Source: an uncultured archaeon
GTDB taxonomy: Archaea > Hadarchaeota > Hadarchaeia > Hadarchaeales > WYZ-LMO6
Reading direction: 5' to 3'
Length of the DNA stretch: 64,000 bases
Assembly: GCA_938074535.1 (NCBI GenBank)
Contig: CALJER010000016.1
Span: forward strand, 1-64,000
Both the position numbers and the translations under genes were made by a program. Position 1 is the stretch's first letter, and every line of letters starts with the position of its first letter. The notes below the pieces were generated by a model. The model made no database searches. It was not told the origin of the DNA and was given only the letters and a program-made list of their open reading frames with translations. This document shows, in pieces, positions 8,638 through 17,824 of the stretch.

Positions 8638-9624
8638 TTGGGAATCCTGGAAGCCTCGGAGTCCCTAAAACATCTTTTGGCCGGCGGCGCGGACCGCGAG
8701 GGCGATAACCCGAGTGCGAAGAAGGTTCAGGAGCTCGAGGTGGAGAGTTCGCAGGAGGTGCCTTCCCCGGAAGTTACCCCGACCCCCAAACCTTCGGTGG
8801 GGAGGTACTCCCGCCTTTCCTTACCTCACCTAAGGAGCCTGGGGGAGAAGTGGAACTCGTTTGCCATCGCCGTAGGGTTGGGTTTTCTCAACCTCTGGAA
8901 CAAGAAGCATTTCATCTTTCCCATTCTGCTGGTTTGCTGCGCCTTGACCCTCTGGTACCACAGCTTCACCCACTCCCTTTTCTCCTTCACCCTCGCCGTG
9001 ACCTTCCTCCTCACCACCCTCTTGCTAGCCTTCATCGGGCTGGTGGTGATGGACTACATACAGAAGGATCTAGCCTCCACGGGGAGAGTGGTGACCCAGA
9101 CGTTGGTGGGGGTTTCCCTGTTGCTTGGCTTCCTCTTCTACCTCGACTTTTCCATAGGCGGCTTCCTCCCCGCCCCACCCCTTCTCATCCTGCTTTCCAT
9201 TATGTGGGCCGTCCCCATCCTGCCCTATGCGCTCTTAGCCATCTTCCTCCCACCCCTGGTAGGTCGCTTTCCGCGGTTCAGGTCAAGCTGGGGGTCCCTC
9301 AGGGAGAAGTACCCGTTCTGGGCGATCTACTGCGCAGTGCTGGGTGGTTTGATGATTCTCTACGTGCCTCTGAAGTTCCTCCCCATGTACATGTACGCCT
9401 CCTTCGTTTTCTGGGGGATGTTCCTGGGGAGTTCCTGTCTGGCCATGGCAGCCATCATGGCCATGTTCCCCAAGAGGGACTCGTGCAAAATCGTGGGTCT
9501 TTTCCTGGTCATCATGGCAGCCCTCTCCTGGATGGGGACGCTCGGGGGAGCCCTCCTGGGCTCCCTCTTCTGCATAGCGGCCGGAGCCCACGCGTACGCG
9601 TGGAGGCCGGCTTCAGGGTCATAG
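8638..9624 (+). CDS. Polytopic membrane protein with C-terminal DUF6114-like domain
   Basis: About 8 hydrophobic segments; C-terminal half RFRSSW...PFWA...LGG.LLGSL..I.AGAHAYAWRP resembles DUF6114 as I recall it. Confidence 0.7.
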   Translation: MGILEASESLKHLLAGGADREGDNPSAKKVQELEVESSQEVPSPEVTPTPKPSVGRYSRLSLPHLRSLGEKWNSFAIAVGLGFLNLWNKKHFIFPILLVCCALTLWYHSFTHSLFSFTLAVTFLLTTLLLAFIGLVVMDYIQKDLASTGRVVTQTLVGVSLLLGFLFYLDFSIGGFLPAPPLLILLSIMWAVPILPYALLAIFLPPLVGRFPRFRSSWGSLREKYPFWAIYCAVLGGLMILYVPLKFLPMYMYASFVFWGMFLGSSCLAMAAIMAMFPKRDSCKIVGLFLVIMAALSWMGTLGGALLGSLFCIAAGAHAYAWRPASGS

Positions 9625-9667
9625 GAAGGAGTCCTATGACGTAACAAAAAAAAAGGAGGTATGGAAA

Positions 9668-10159
9668 ATGGAGGGGTTCGGAAAAATGGCGGCGGTTGGG
9701 CTGGCGTCGGTAGCGAGTGTAATAGTGTTCTCCACGGTGATGGGAGTGGGTCTGGCGATGCCCGTGGACGACTTTCAGCTCAGGGCGGGAAGCATCGACG
9801 GGCAGAACCTGAACATGTACGTGGGGACCATGGACAACTACGGTGGAAAGATTTTCCAGGAGCTGAGCAGCGCCACCCTCTCCAACTTGGAAATAGTGAA
9901 GGAAATGAGCCTAGGGGGGCTGACGATAAGGACCCTCATCCGGAGTCCGCAGGCGTCGGCCAGCGGGGTGCTGATGAAGTGCGATAACTTCTCGGCGGGA
10001 AGCATGAGGGCCACCAACCAGCGCATAGGTCCCTACGGGGGCAGAGACTTCGCCGTGACCGCGGACACCCTTCGCGTGGAGAACGTCAGCGCCTGGGTAA
10101 CCGAGATGGTCGTGGCCTCCCTGGACCTGGGGAACATGGTGATAAAGCTTGAGACGTGA
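9668..10159 (+). CDS. Secreted or membrane-anchored beta-rich protein, DUF6230-like
   Basis: GGAGGT Shine-Dalgarno; N-terminal TM/signal; FQLRAGSIDGQNL...SATLSNL...FAVTADTLRVENV pattern resembles DUF6230. Confidence 0.7.
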   Translation: MEGFGKMAAVGLASVASVIVFSTVMGVGLAMPVDDFQLRAGSIDGQNLNMYVGTMDNYGGKIFQELSSATLSNLEIVKEMSLGGLTIRTLIRSPQASASGVLMKCDNFSAGSMRATNQRIGPYGGRDFAVTADTLRVENVSAWVTEMVVASLDLGNMVIKLET

Positions 10160-10703
10160 AACCAGACGCCAGCCTTTTCATTTTTTCACGCTGGGAAGAA
10201 AGGGCACCGCCGCTGGCCTGCTGCTGGTCTTTTCCATCCTCCTGGCCGCCCCCCTCTTGGGAAGTCCCGGTGAGACCTTTCAGGTCTGGGCGTTCTACTC
10301 CTACACTTGGAGCGAGCTCCACATGGTGGGTTATGAGAACGAAAACGTTACGGTGGTCACCTCACCTTCCATCCACTTCGAAAACGTGAGGATGCTGGTG
10401 AACGGCATGTGGATAGAGCTAAAGAGCGCGGACGCCGAGAACTTCTATTTAAAGGCGAAGTACATGGAGACCGACATCATCATCCTGAACTTGGTGCCGC
10501 TGTGTCGCATAGTGCTGAATGGTTCCCACGTGGACCGGGGAATACCCTTGATCGGATGGATGCTGGGCCTGGAGACCTGCCACACCGCCGACGCCCACAT
10601 GTATCCTCCCCTTACCTGGATGGTACAGATGCGGAACACCTACATAGTGGCGGAAGAACTCAGGCTCAGCCTAGTTTCGGAGAACGTGAGGATCCATCTC
10701 TAG
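10149..10703 (+). CDS. Secreted or membrane-anchored beta-rich hypothetical protein, possible distant paralogue of 9668-10159
   Basis: TTG start after GGTGA; N-terminal hydrophobic helix then alternating beta-strand pattern. Confidence 0.6.
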   Translation: MRRETRRQPFHFFTLGRKGTAAGLLLVFSILLAAPLLGSPGETFQVWAFYSYTWSELHMVGYENENVTVVTSPSIHFENVRMLVNGMWIELKSADAENFYLKAKYMETDIIILNLVPLCRIVLNGSHVDRGIPLIGWMLGLETCHTADAHMYPPLTWMVQMRNTYIVAEELRLSLVSENVRIHL

Positions 10704-11746
10704 AAGTAGTCCTTCACCGCTTCCAGGGCTCTGGCCACCAGCTTGCTGGCATTCTCCAGATCGGAGAGGTCTAGGGTTTCCACCCCGGAGTGAAGGTAGC
10801 GGGTGGGAACACTTATCACCCCTGTGGGTATGCCGGCCTTGGTCAGGGAGATGGCGGTCGCATCGGTGGTTCCGCCCCTGGCCACGTCCAGCTGGTAGGG
10901 GATTCCGTGCGCCTCTGCAGTTTCCGTGAGCCACCTGAGGACCCTCTCCGAGACGATGATGCCCCTCCCGCTGGCGTCCGTGACGGTGATGGAGGGACCC
11001 TTTCCCATCTCCAGCGCGGAGTCTTTCTTCTCTATTCCGGGGTAGTCACCTGGGAGGGAAACATCCAGGGCGATGGCCACGGAGGGCTCCAGACCGAAGG
11101 CCGAGGTCTTCGCCCCTTTCAGACCCACCTCCTCCTGCACCGTTCCCACCGCGTAGACCGTGGACTGCGTCCTGGTGCTCCTCACGGCTTCGATCATCAC
11201 CGCCAGCCCAGCCCTGTTGTCGAAGGCCTTTCCCGTGACCCTACCCCCGATAAGGGGCCGAAGCTGCCGGTCCAGGGCGGCCACGGAGCCCACCCCTATC
11301 CCCGCTTCCCTGACTTCGGCTTCGCTCCTGGCCCCCACGTCTATGAACATGTTCTCCACCTTCACGGGCTTCTTCCTCTCTTCCTCCTCCAGCAGGTGGG
11401 GAGGCTTGGAGCCTATCACCCCGTAGACGGATCCCTTTTTTGTCCTGAAGACCACCCTTTCGTTCAGAAGAGTCTGATCGAACCAGCCCCCCAGCGGAAC
11501 GAACCTCAGGAAGCCCTTCTCGTCTATGTGCTTCACCATCAGCCCTATCTCGTCCATGTGGGCGGCCACCATGCAGGAGGGCTCGGATCCCCTCTTCACC
11601 CCTATCAGGTTGCCCATGGCATCTTTTCTCATCTCGTCCACGAAGGGCTGGAGTTCCGCCTTCACGAGTTCCGCCACCTCTTCCTCCCTGCCCGAAATCC
11701 CTACGGCGTTGGACAGCTTCTCGAGCAGCTCTCCTACCCGGGACAT
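10700..11746 (-). CDS. M42 family metallo-aminopeptidase (TET-like)
   Basis: AAHMDEIG, KAFDNRAG, VQEEVGLKGA, GGTTDA and RYLHS motifs; ATG at 11746 follows GGAGG. Confidence 0.95.
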   Translation of the reverse strand: MSRVGELLEKLSNAVGISGREEEVAELVKAELQPFVDEMRKDAMGNLIGVKRGSEPSCMVAAHMDEIGLMVKHIDEKGFLRFVPLGGWFDQTLLNERVVFRTKKGSVYGVIGSKPPHLLEEEERKKPVKVENMFIDVGARSEAEVREAGIGVGSVAALDRQLRPLIGGRVTGKAFDNRAGLAVMIEAVRSTRTQSTVYAVGTVQEEVGLKGAKTSAFGLEPSVAIALDVSLPGDYPGIEKKDSALEMGKGPSITVTDASGRGIIVSERVLRWLTETAEAHGIPYQLDVARGGTTDATAISLTKAGIPTGVISVPTRYLHSGVETLDLSDLENASKLVARALEAVKDYF

Positions 11747-11813
11747 CCACCCTCCTTCCCCCACCGGCTCAAAAGCTTTTTCCCCTCGCTGGCCTGGAAA
11801 GTGGAGAGCAGAG

Positions 11814-12557
11814 ATGAAGGTGATCTACAGCGAGCGCTTCCTGACGGTTTACTCCTCCGACCCCGCTTCCGCACCGGGAAGGATGGAGGCCATCGTGAGG
11901 GAGCTGCGGGGGCACGAGTTCTTGGAGCCGGAGCCCGCCGGGGAGGAGGATGTCCTTCTGGTCCATACCCCCTCCCACCTGGAGAGGGTGAAGGCCCTCC
12001 CTTCGGTCTACCCCGTGGCCCTGCTGGCGGCCGGAGGGGCCATAAAGGCTTCCGAGCTGGCCTGCGGGGGGGAGCCCTCCTTCGCCCTGGTGAGACCCCC
12101 AGGCCACCACGCAGGGCCCAGCAGCTTCTGGGGGTTCTGTTACTTCAATAACCTGGCCCTCTCCCTGCAGAGACTGCTCAGCCGGAGAAAGGTGGGGAAA
12201 GCGGCGATTCTGGATTTCGACCTCCACTACGGCGACGGCACGGCAGCCATTTTTTCTGGCTCCAAGAGGGCTTCCTATCACCACGCCGAAGGGAGGAGGG
12301 AGGAACTACTGGAGGGGATAGCCTCCTTCCTCTCCAGGGAGGACTACGATCTGGTGGCCGTGTCGGCGGGCTTCGACAATCACGAAGAGGACTGGGGAGG
12401 CACCCTCAGCACCTCTGACTACAGGGAGATAGGGAGGATGGTGAAGGAGGGAGCGGAGGAGAAGTGCGGGGGGAGAAGGTACGGAGTGCTGGAGGGAGGC
12501 TACAACCACGCGGTCCTGGGAAGAAACGTCAGAGCCTTTCTGGAGGGATTCGGGTGA
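11814..12557 (+). CDS. Histone deacetylase family protein
   Basis: RPPGHHA, GFCYFNN, DFDLHYGDGT, SAGFD and LEGGY motifs. Confidence 0.92.
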   Translation: MKVIYSERFLTVYSSDPASAPGRMEAIVRELRGHEFLEPEPAGEEDVLLVHTPSHLERVKALPSVYPVALLAAGGAIKASELACGGEPSFALVRPPGHHAGPSSFWGFCYFNNLALSLQRLLSRRKVGKAAILDFDLHYGDGTAAIFSGSKRASYHHAEGRREELLEGIASFLSREDYDLVAVSAGFDNHEEDWGGTLSTSDYREIGRMVKEGAEEKCGGRRYGVLEGGYNHAVLGRNVRAFLEGFG

Positions 12558-13615
12558 GGGAGCTGGAGGAGCTGAGGGGATTCCGCCACGAGGTGGGCCC
12601 CATCCGTCCCCCTTCTGAGGGGGGAAGCTGTTCCCTCCTCCTGAGGGTGGTCAGGAACTGTCCCTGGTCCCTGTGCAAGTTCTGCTACGGTAAGCCCTAC
12701 GGGAGGGGAAAGTTCTCCCTCCGGACGGTGGAGGAGGTGAAGGAGGAGGTGGAGAGGATGGGCAGGGTGGTGGAGCTCCTGCGAGAAAAAGGGGAGGAGG
12801 TGTGGGGGCTTCTCTCCTCCCTCCCGGGGGAGAGCAGGGGGGCCCTGCACCACCTCCTCTCCTGGTTCTCCTCGGGCAGCCGGACGGTTTTCCTGCAGGA
12901 CGCCGACGTCCTCCTCATGCCCACCCCCCGGCTGGCGGAGATACTGGAGGAGGTCAGGAGGAGGCTGGGGGAGATGGAGAGGATCACCTGCTACGCCAGG
13001 GGGCGGTCCCTCTTCCGGAGGTCGGTGGAGGAGCTCAGGAGGCTCAGGGAGGCAGGGCTCTCCAGGCTGCATGTGGGTCTGGAGAGCGGGGACCAGGAGG
13101 TGCTGGAGAGGATGAACAAAGGGCTGACTCCCCAGGAGGTGGTGGAGGGTGGGAGAAAAGCCAGGGAGGCAGGGCTGGAGCTCTCCCTCTACTACATCCT
13201 GGGCCTCGGAGGGGAGGAAAGGTGGGAGGCGCACGCCAGAAACACGGCTAGGGTCCTCAACGAGGTGGACCCGGAGTTCGTGAGGGTGAGGCGTCTGGTT
13301 CCTCTGAAGGGTACTCCCCTCTTCCGGGAGTGGAGGGAAGGGAGCTTCAGGCTCCAGAGCCCCCACGCTGAGCTGAGGGAGCTGAGGCTGCTGGTGGAGG
13401 AGCTGGAGTTCTCGGGGAGACTGTGCTTCGACCACTTCGCCAACCCCTTCTACCTCACGCCCGGGGGTCCCAGGTGGGTGTTCGACCGGGGGTATGGGGG
13501 CTACCGGTTTCCCAGCGAGAGGGAGGAGGTCCTGAAAAGGATAGAGGAGGGACTGGAAAGGGAGGAGGCCCTCTACGTCAGCTCGGCGAGCCTCTCCGTG
13601 CTGGAAACCCTTTGA
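12554..13615 (+). CDS. Radical SAM protein
   Basis: GPIRPPSE, CPWSLCKFC, GLESG motifs; GTGA overlap with the deacetylase stop. Confidence 0.85.
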   Translation: MRELEELRGFRHEVGPIRPPSEGGSCSLLLRVVRNCPWSLCKFCYGKPYGRGKFSLRTVEEVKEEVERMGRVVELLREKGEEVWGLLSSLPGESRGALHHLLSWFSSGSRTVFLQDADVLLMPTPRLAEILEEVRRRLGEMERITCYARGRSLFRRSVEELRRLREAGLSRLHVGLESGDQEVLERMNKGLTPQEVVEGGRKAREAGLELSLYYILGLGGEERWEAHARNTARVLNEVDPEFVRVRRLVPLKGTPLFREWREGSFRLQSPHAELRELRLLVEELEFSGRLCFDHFANPFYLTPGGPRWVFDRGYGGYRFPSEREEVLKRIEEGLEREEALYVSSASLSVLETL

Positions 13616-13618
13616 GCC

Positions 13619-13798
13619 TCATTCGGGGAAGGTGATGGCGCCGGTGGTGCAGACGGCCTCGCAGGCCCTGCAGTCCACGCAGTCCTCGGCCTTTACCACC
13701 TTGGCCTTTTTGTTGTTCACTTCCAGCACGCTCACGGGGCAGGCGTTGACGCACTCCCCGCAGCCCGTGCATTTTTCGGTGTCTATCTTAGGCGGCAT
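13619..13798 (-). CDS. 2x[4Fe-4S] ferredoxin, 59 aa (absent from ORF track)
   Basis: Manual translation MPPKIDTEKCTGCGECVNACPVSVLEVNNKKAKVVKAEDCVDCRACEAVCTTGAITFPE; two CxxCxxCxxxC motifs. Confidence 0.92.
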   Translation of the reverse strand: MPPKIDTEKCTGCGECVNACPVSVLEVNNKKAKVVKAEDCVDCRACEAVCTTGAITFPE

Positions 13799-13838
13799 CT
13801 TTTTTCGTAACTCCCGGTGTATTTAAACCTTATCCGGG

Positions 13839-15752
13839 TCAGACACCCGCCAGGGAGAGGAGCCGGTACATCACTCCTCCCAGCCACAGCGCGAAGAGGA
13901 CCTCCGCGGCCGCGATGTAGAGGGACCTCTTCCAGCCCACTTCCCTGACCAGCGCAGCCAGCGTGGCCACGCAGGGGAAGTAGAACACGGTCACGGTGGC
14001 GAAGGTGATCATCTGGGCGTGGGTGAGGTGGAGGGAGAGGTCCGGGCCCAGGAGCAGGGTGAGCATGATGAGGGTGAGTTCCTTCCTCAGCAGGCCGAAG
14101 AGCAGGGTCACTCCGGCCACCGCGGGCAGGCCCAGCCAGCCCACGGTGAGGGGGCTCAGGAGGTCGGAGAGGGGGTCCAGGAGGCCGCCCGCCCTCAGGG
14201 CCGTGAGAACCAGGCTCCCCCCCAGGATGAAGGGGAGGGCCACGTAAAAGAAGTCCTTGGTCCTGTTCCAGCTCTGCCGGAGCACGGTGGGAAGATGGGG
14301 CCTGCGGTAGGGCGGAATCTCCATGATCAGCCCCACGGGCTCCCCGGGCATGATTTTGAAGGCCAGCCTGCCGAGCAGGAAGATTGCCGCCAGGTCCAGC
14401 AGGTAGAGGCCGAGGGCCCAGCCCATACCCACGAACCTCCCCACCAGTCCCAGGATCACCACCGTCCTGGCCGCGCAGGGCACGAGGGTGGAGAGGAAGA
14501 CGGAGAGGACTCTTTCCCTCTCCGTTTCCATGATCCTGCAGCCCAGGCAGGCCGGGACGTTGCACCCGTAGCCCAGCAGGAGGGGGATGAAGGCCTTCCC
14601 GTGCACCCCCAACCTGTGCATGAGCCCGTCCATGAGGAAGGCGCCCCTGGCCAGGTATCCGGAGTCCTCCAGCAGGGTGAGGAGCACGTAAAAGGGAAGG
14701 ACGAAGGGCAGGACTATGGTAAGACCAGCGAGCAGCCCCCCCACCACCCCCTCTCCCGCCAGGCTCCCCAGCCTTTCTGAGGTCCCCTTTACCAGGGGCT
14801 CCGTGAGCCCCTCCAGCACCCCCTCCACCCTCCCCCCTACCCAGAAGACCGTCAGGAGAAGGGAGAGGAGCAAGCCCGCCAGCAGGGGATAGCCCAGCAG
14901 GGGGTGGGTGGTCAGGGCATCCAGCCTTTCGGTTCGGGCGGGTCTTGGATGGATCCTCTGGCTCCGGCTCGCTATCCTGTGGGCCAGGCTGTACCTGCAG
15001 GAAGTGAGGAGGGTGGAGGCCTTCTCCCCATAGAGCCCCTCCAGCTCCCGTGAGTACTTCCCCGCCAGTTCGACCGCCCTGGGTGAAACCCTGCCCACGA
15101 GCCTCTTGACTTCTTCGTCACCCTCCAGGAGCTTCAGGGCCAGCCATCTGGGAGGATACCCGGTCCCCGCCTTCTCCAGCAGGGGGAGAAGGGAACGCAC
15201 CCTCCTCTCGATTTCCCTCCCGTAGGAGAACCTGTGTGGCCTGATCCTCCTCCTGCCTTCCGCCACCTCCACGGCCCTCTCCAGCAGGGAGTGTATTCCC
15301 CTCCCCCTCACGGCCACGGTGGGCACCACGGGAACCCCGAGCTCCCTCTCCAGCCTCTTGGGATCCACCCTCACGCCCTTCCTCTCCGCCACATCCACCT
15401 GGTTGAGGGCCACCACCACTTTGGGCTCCAGCTCCAGCAGCTGGAGGGTGAAGAAGAGGTTTCTCTCCAGAGAGGAGGCGTCCACTACGTTGATCACCAC
15501 ATCCGGTTTCTCTCCGGCGATGTACTCCCTGGAGATTTTTTCCTCGAGGGAGAAAGTGGAAAGGGAGTAGATACCGGGGAGGTCGATCACATCCACCACC
15601 CTTCCCCTGAAATACAGGGTCCCCTCCGCCTTCTCCACGGTCTTCCCGGGCCAGTTGCCCACGTGCTGGTGGAGGCCGGTGAAGTGATTGAAGATCACCG
15701 ATTTCCCCACATTGGCGTTGCCGGCCAGAGCTACTCTGATCTTGGCCTTCAT
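13839..15752 (-). CDS. feoB: Ferrous iron transporter B
   Basis: [25 protein letters not shown] GTPase motifs; membrane domain with GCNVP and YFPC. Confidence 0.95.
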   Translation of the reverse strand: MKAKIRVALAGNANVGKSVIFNHFTGLHQHVGNWPGKTVEKAEGTLYFRGRVVDVIDLPGIYSLSTFSLEEKISREYIAGEKPDVVINVVDASSLERNLFFTLQLLELEPKVVVALNQVDVAERKGVRVDPKRLERELGVPVVPTVAVRGRGIHSLLERAVEVAEGRRRIRPHRFSYGREIERRVRSLLPLLEKAGTGYPPRWLALKLLEGDEEVKRLVGRVSPRAVELAGKYSRELEGLYGEKASTLLTSCRYSLAHRIASRSQRIHPRPARTERLDALTTHPLLGYPLLAGLLLSLLLTVFWVGGRVEGVLEGLTEPLVKGTSERLGSLAGEGVVGGLLAGLTIVLPFVLPFYVLLTLLEDSGYLARGAFLMDGLMHRLGVHGKAFIPLLLGYGCNVPACLGCRIMETERERVLSVFLSTLVPCAARTVVILGLVGRFVGMGWALGLYLLDLAAIFLLGRLAFKIMPGEPVGLIMEIPPYRRPHLPTVLRQSWNRTKDFFYVALPFILGGSLVLTALRAGGLLDPLSDLLSPLTVGWLGLPAVAGVTLLFGLLRKELTLIMLTLLLGPDLSLHLTHAQMITFATVTVFYFPCVATLAALVREVGWKRSLYIAAAEVLFALWLGGVMYRLLSLAGV

Positions 15753-15756
15753 CCCT

Positions 15757-16374
15757 TCACCCGACGGGTTTCACGAAAACCTTGGAAGCCAGCCCCCTGC
15801 CCACCGCCAGGGTCGTGCCCCTCACCCTCAGCATCAGGGGTCCTCTGAACAGGGCGGACTTCAGGACCTCCACCTCAGTCCCGGGGGTGAGCCCCATGTC
15901 GGCCAGTCTGCGGCAGGCGGAGGTGCCACCCGAAAGGGAGGAGATCAACCCCTTTTGGCCCTCCAGCAGGCCCGTGAGAGGGAGGGAGCCTGGAGGCAGT
16001 CCCTGGGGCAGCTTCTGGGCCTCCATCCGCCGGTGGATGGCGGTCTCCACCTCTTCCGGGATGTGGTGCTCCAGTTCGCAGGCCTTCCGGTGGGCCCTGG
16101 AGGGTGGGAGGCCCAGGCTGCTGAGGAACCTCTCCATCACCCTGTGTTTCCGGAGGACGCCCCTCCCCACCTCCTCCCCCCTCCTGGTGAGGGTAACCCC
16201 TCTGTAGGGGTGGCGGCGGAGGTAGCCCCTCCTGGCCAGCTTTTTGAGCATGAGGGTGGCGCTGGAAGGGGCCACCCCCAGCTCCCTGGCCACCCTCGTG
16301 GTGGTGGTCCTTTCCCCCCTCTCCTTCAGGCGGTAGAGGGCCTCCAGGTATTCCTCCGAGCTTTCGTTGGTCAT
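15757..16374 (-). CDS. DtxR/MntR family metal-dependent regulator with C-terminal FeoA domain
   Basis: EEYLEALY, HTH, RKHRVMERFL, ACELEH; C-terminal RRLADMGLTPG...GP...A.GRGLASKV. Confidence 0.9.
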   Translation of the reverse strand: MTNESSEEYLEALYRLKERGERTTTTRVARELGVAPSSATLMLKKLARRGYLRRHPYRGVTLTRRGEEVGRGVLRKHRVMERFLSSLGLPPSRAHRKACELEHHIPEEVETAIHRRMEAQKLPQGLPPGSLPLTGLLEGQKGLISSLSGGTSACRRLADMGLTPGTEVEVLKSALFRGPLMLRVRGTTLAVGRGLASKVFVKPVG

Positions 16375-16379
16375 TCCTG

Positions 16380-16399
16380 AATTTAGGCGTGCCTAAATT
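16380..16399. promoter_or_regulatory. Putative DtxR-family operator
   Basis: Inverted repeat AATTTAGGC-GT-GCCTAAATT between the minus-strand TATA (TTTAAA) and the ATG of the regulator; TTAGG...CCTAA core typical of DtxR/IdeR/SirR boxes. Confidence 0.8.
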
Positions 16400-16530
16400 T
16401 AAAGGACGAGGAAAACCTGGGAGCATCCTGGGTGAACACAAGGGATAACCCTTAACGTGTTTTAATTTCAGTAACGCTTATACCCCCTTCCTGCCACTTC
16501 TCCTGATGAAAGGGGGTGGAGGGAGCAAGG

Positions 16531-17781
16531 ATGAGGATGCTCTACTTCTCCTTTGAGTATCCCCCCTTCTTCGTGGGTGGGCTCGGCACCTACGCCTACG
16601 AAATGGCCAGGCGCTTCGCCAGGAGGGGACACAGCGTGACGGTTTTCGCGAAGAACCCGGGCAACGTGCCCACCTCCGACCTGGAGGAGGGCGTGGAGGT
16701 ACACAGGCCCATGACGGTGGACGCTACGGACATCCTCCCCCTCATCGTTCCCGAGGACGTGAAGCGCTGGCCGTCCCATGCCCAGCAGTACTTCGCCGAT
16801 GCCTTCATCTACAACGTGCTTTCCTCCACCAAAGCCTGCAACCAGCTGGTGAAGGCGGACCAGAGGCAGTTTGACCTGATCGTGGCCCACGACTGGATTT
16901 CGGGGATAGCGGGGATCACCTGCAAGAAGGATCTGAAGAGGCCCTTCGTCTTCCACCTCCACTCGGTGGAGGAAGGGAGGGTGGGTGACGGCTCACCCAC
17001 CGTCAAAAGCTTGGAAAGGCTGGCGGCCAGAACGGCCGAGGCGGTCGTGACGGTGAGCTACAGCATGAGGGACCAGCTGATTTCCCTGGGGTACGAGGAG
17101 AGAAAAATAAGGGTGATCTACAACGGTGTGGACGAGAAGAAGTACGATCCCTCGGCAGTGAAGGAGGAGGAGGTGCTCGGGCTGAGGGAGAGGCTGGGGG
17201 TGGGCACCGACCCCATGATCCTCTTCGTGGGGAGGCTCTCCTGGGTGAAGGGGGCGGACACCCTGGTGAGGGCCATGCCCCTCATCTTGGCGGAGGTTCC
17301 CAACGCCAAGCTGGTTCTGCTGGGGAAGGGGGAGCAGGAGAAGATGCTCAGGGACCTGATCAGGCAGCTGGGGGTGGAGAAGAGCGTGGTGGCCGAGTTT
17401 CAGTACGTGAGCGAGCGGGAAAGGATTCTGCACTACGCGGCCGCCGACGTGGCGGTCTTTCCCTCCAAGTACGAGCCCTTCGGAATCGTGGCCACGGAGG
17501 CCATGAGCATGGGGAAGCCTGTGGTGGTGGGGGCCAAGGGGATCTCTGGCTTCAGGGAGCAGGTGATCCACCAAGGACCCGAGAGGTGCGGGGCGCACGT
17601 GAACCCGGAGGATCCCTATGACATCGCCAAGTTCACGGTGGAGCTCCTCAAGGACGAGAAGCTCAGGAGGGAACTGGGGAGGAACGCCAGGAAGCGCGTG
17701 CTGGAGAAGTTCACTTTTGACCAGGTGGCGGACAACACCCTGAAGCTCTACGAGGCGGTCCTCCAGAACCACTTCCAATGA
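16531..17781 (+). CDS. Glycosyltransferase family 4 (glycogen synthase-like)
   Basis: EYPP..VGGLG, AHDW, FVGRL..VKG, YEPFGIVATEAM. Confidence 0.9.
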   Translation: MRMLYFSFEYPPFFVGGLGTYAYEMARRFARRGHSVTVFAKNPGNVPTSDLEEGVEVHRPMTVDATDILPLIVPEDVKRWPSHAQQYFADAFIYNVLSSTKACNQLVKADQRQFDLIVAHDWISGIAGITCKKDLKRPFVFHLHSVEEGRVGDGSPTVKSLERLAARTAEAVVTVSYSMRDQLISLGYEERKIRVIYNGVDEKKYDPSAVKEEEVLGLRERLGVGTDPMILFVGRLSWVKGADTLVRAMPLILAEVPNAKLVLLGKGEQEKMLRDLIRQLGVEKSVVAEFQYVSERERILHYAAADVAVFPSKYEPFGIVATEAMSMGKPVVVGAKGISGFREQVIHQGPERCGAHVNPEDPYDIAKFTVELLKDEKLRRELGRNARKRVLEKFTFDQVADNTLKLYEAVLQNHFQ

Positions 17782-17824
17782 CCCGCACCTATTTTTGAGG
17801 GGCTTCCCAGAGGTGAGGAGGGAT

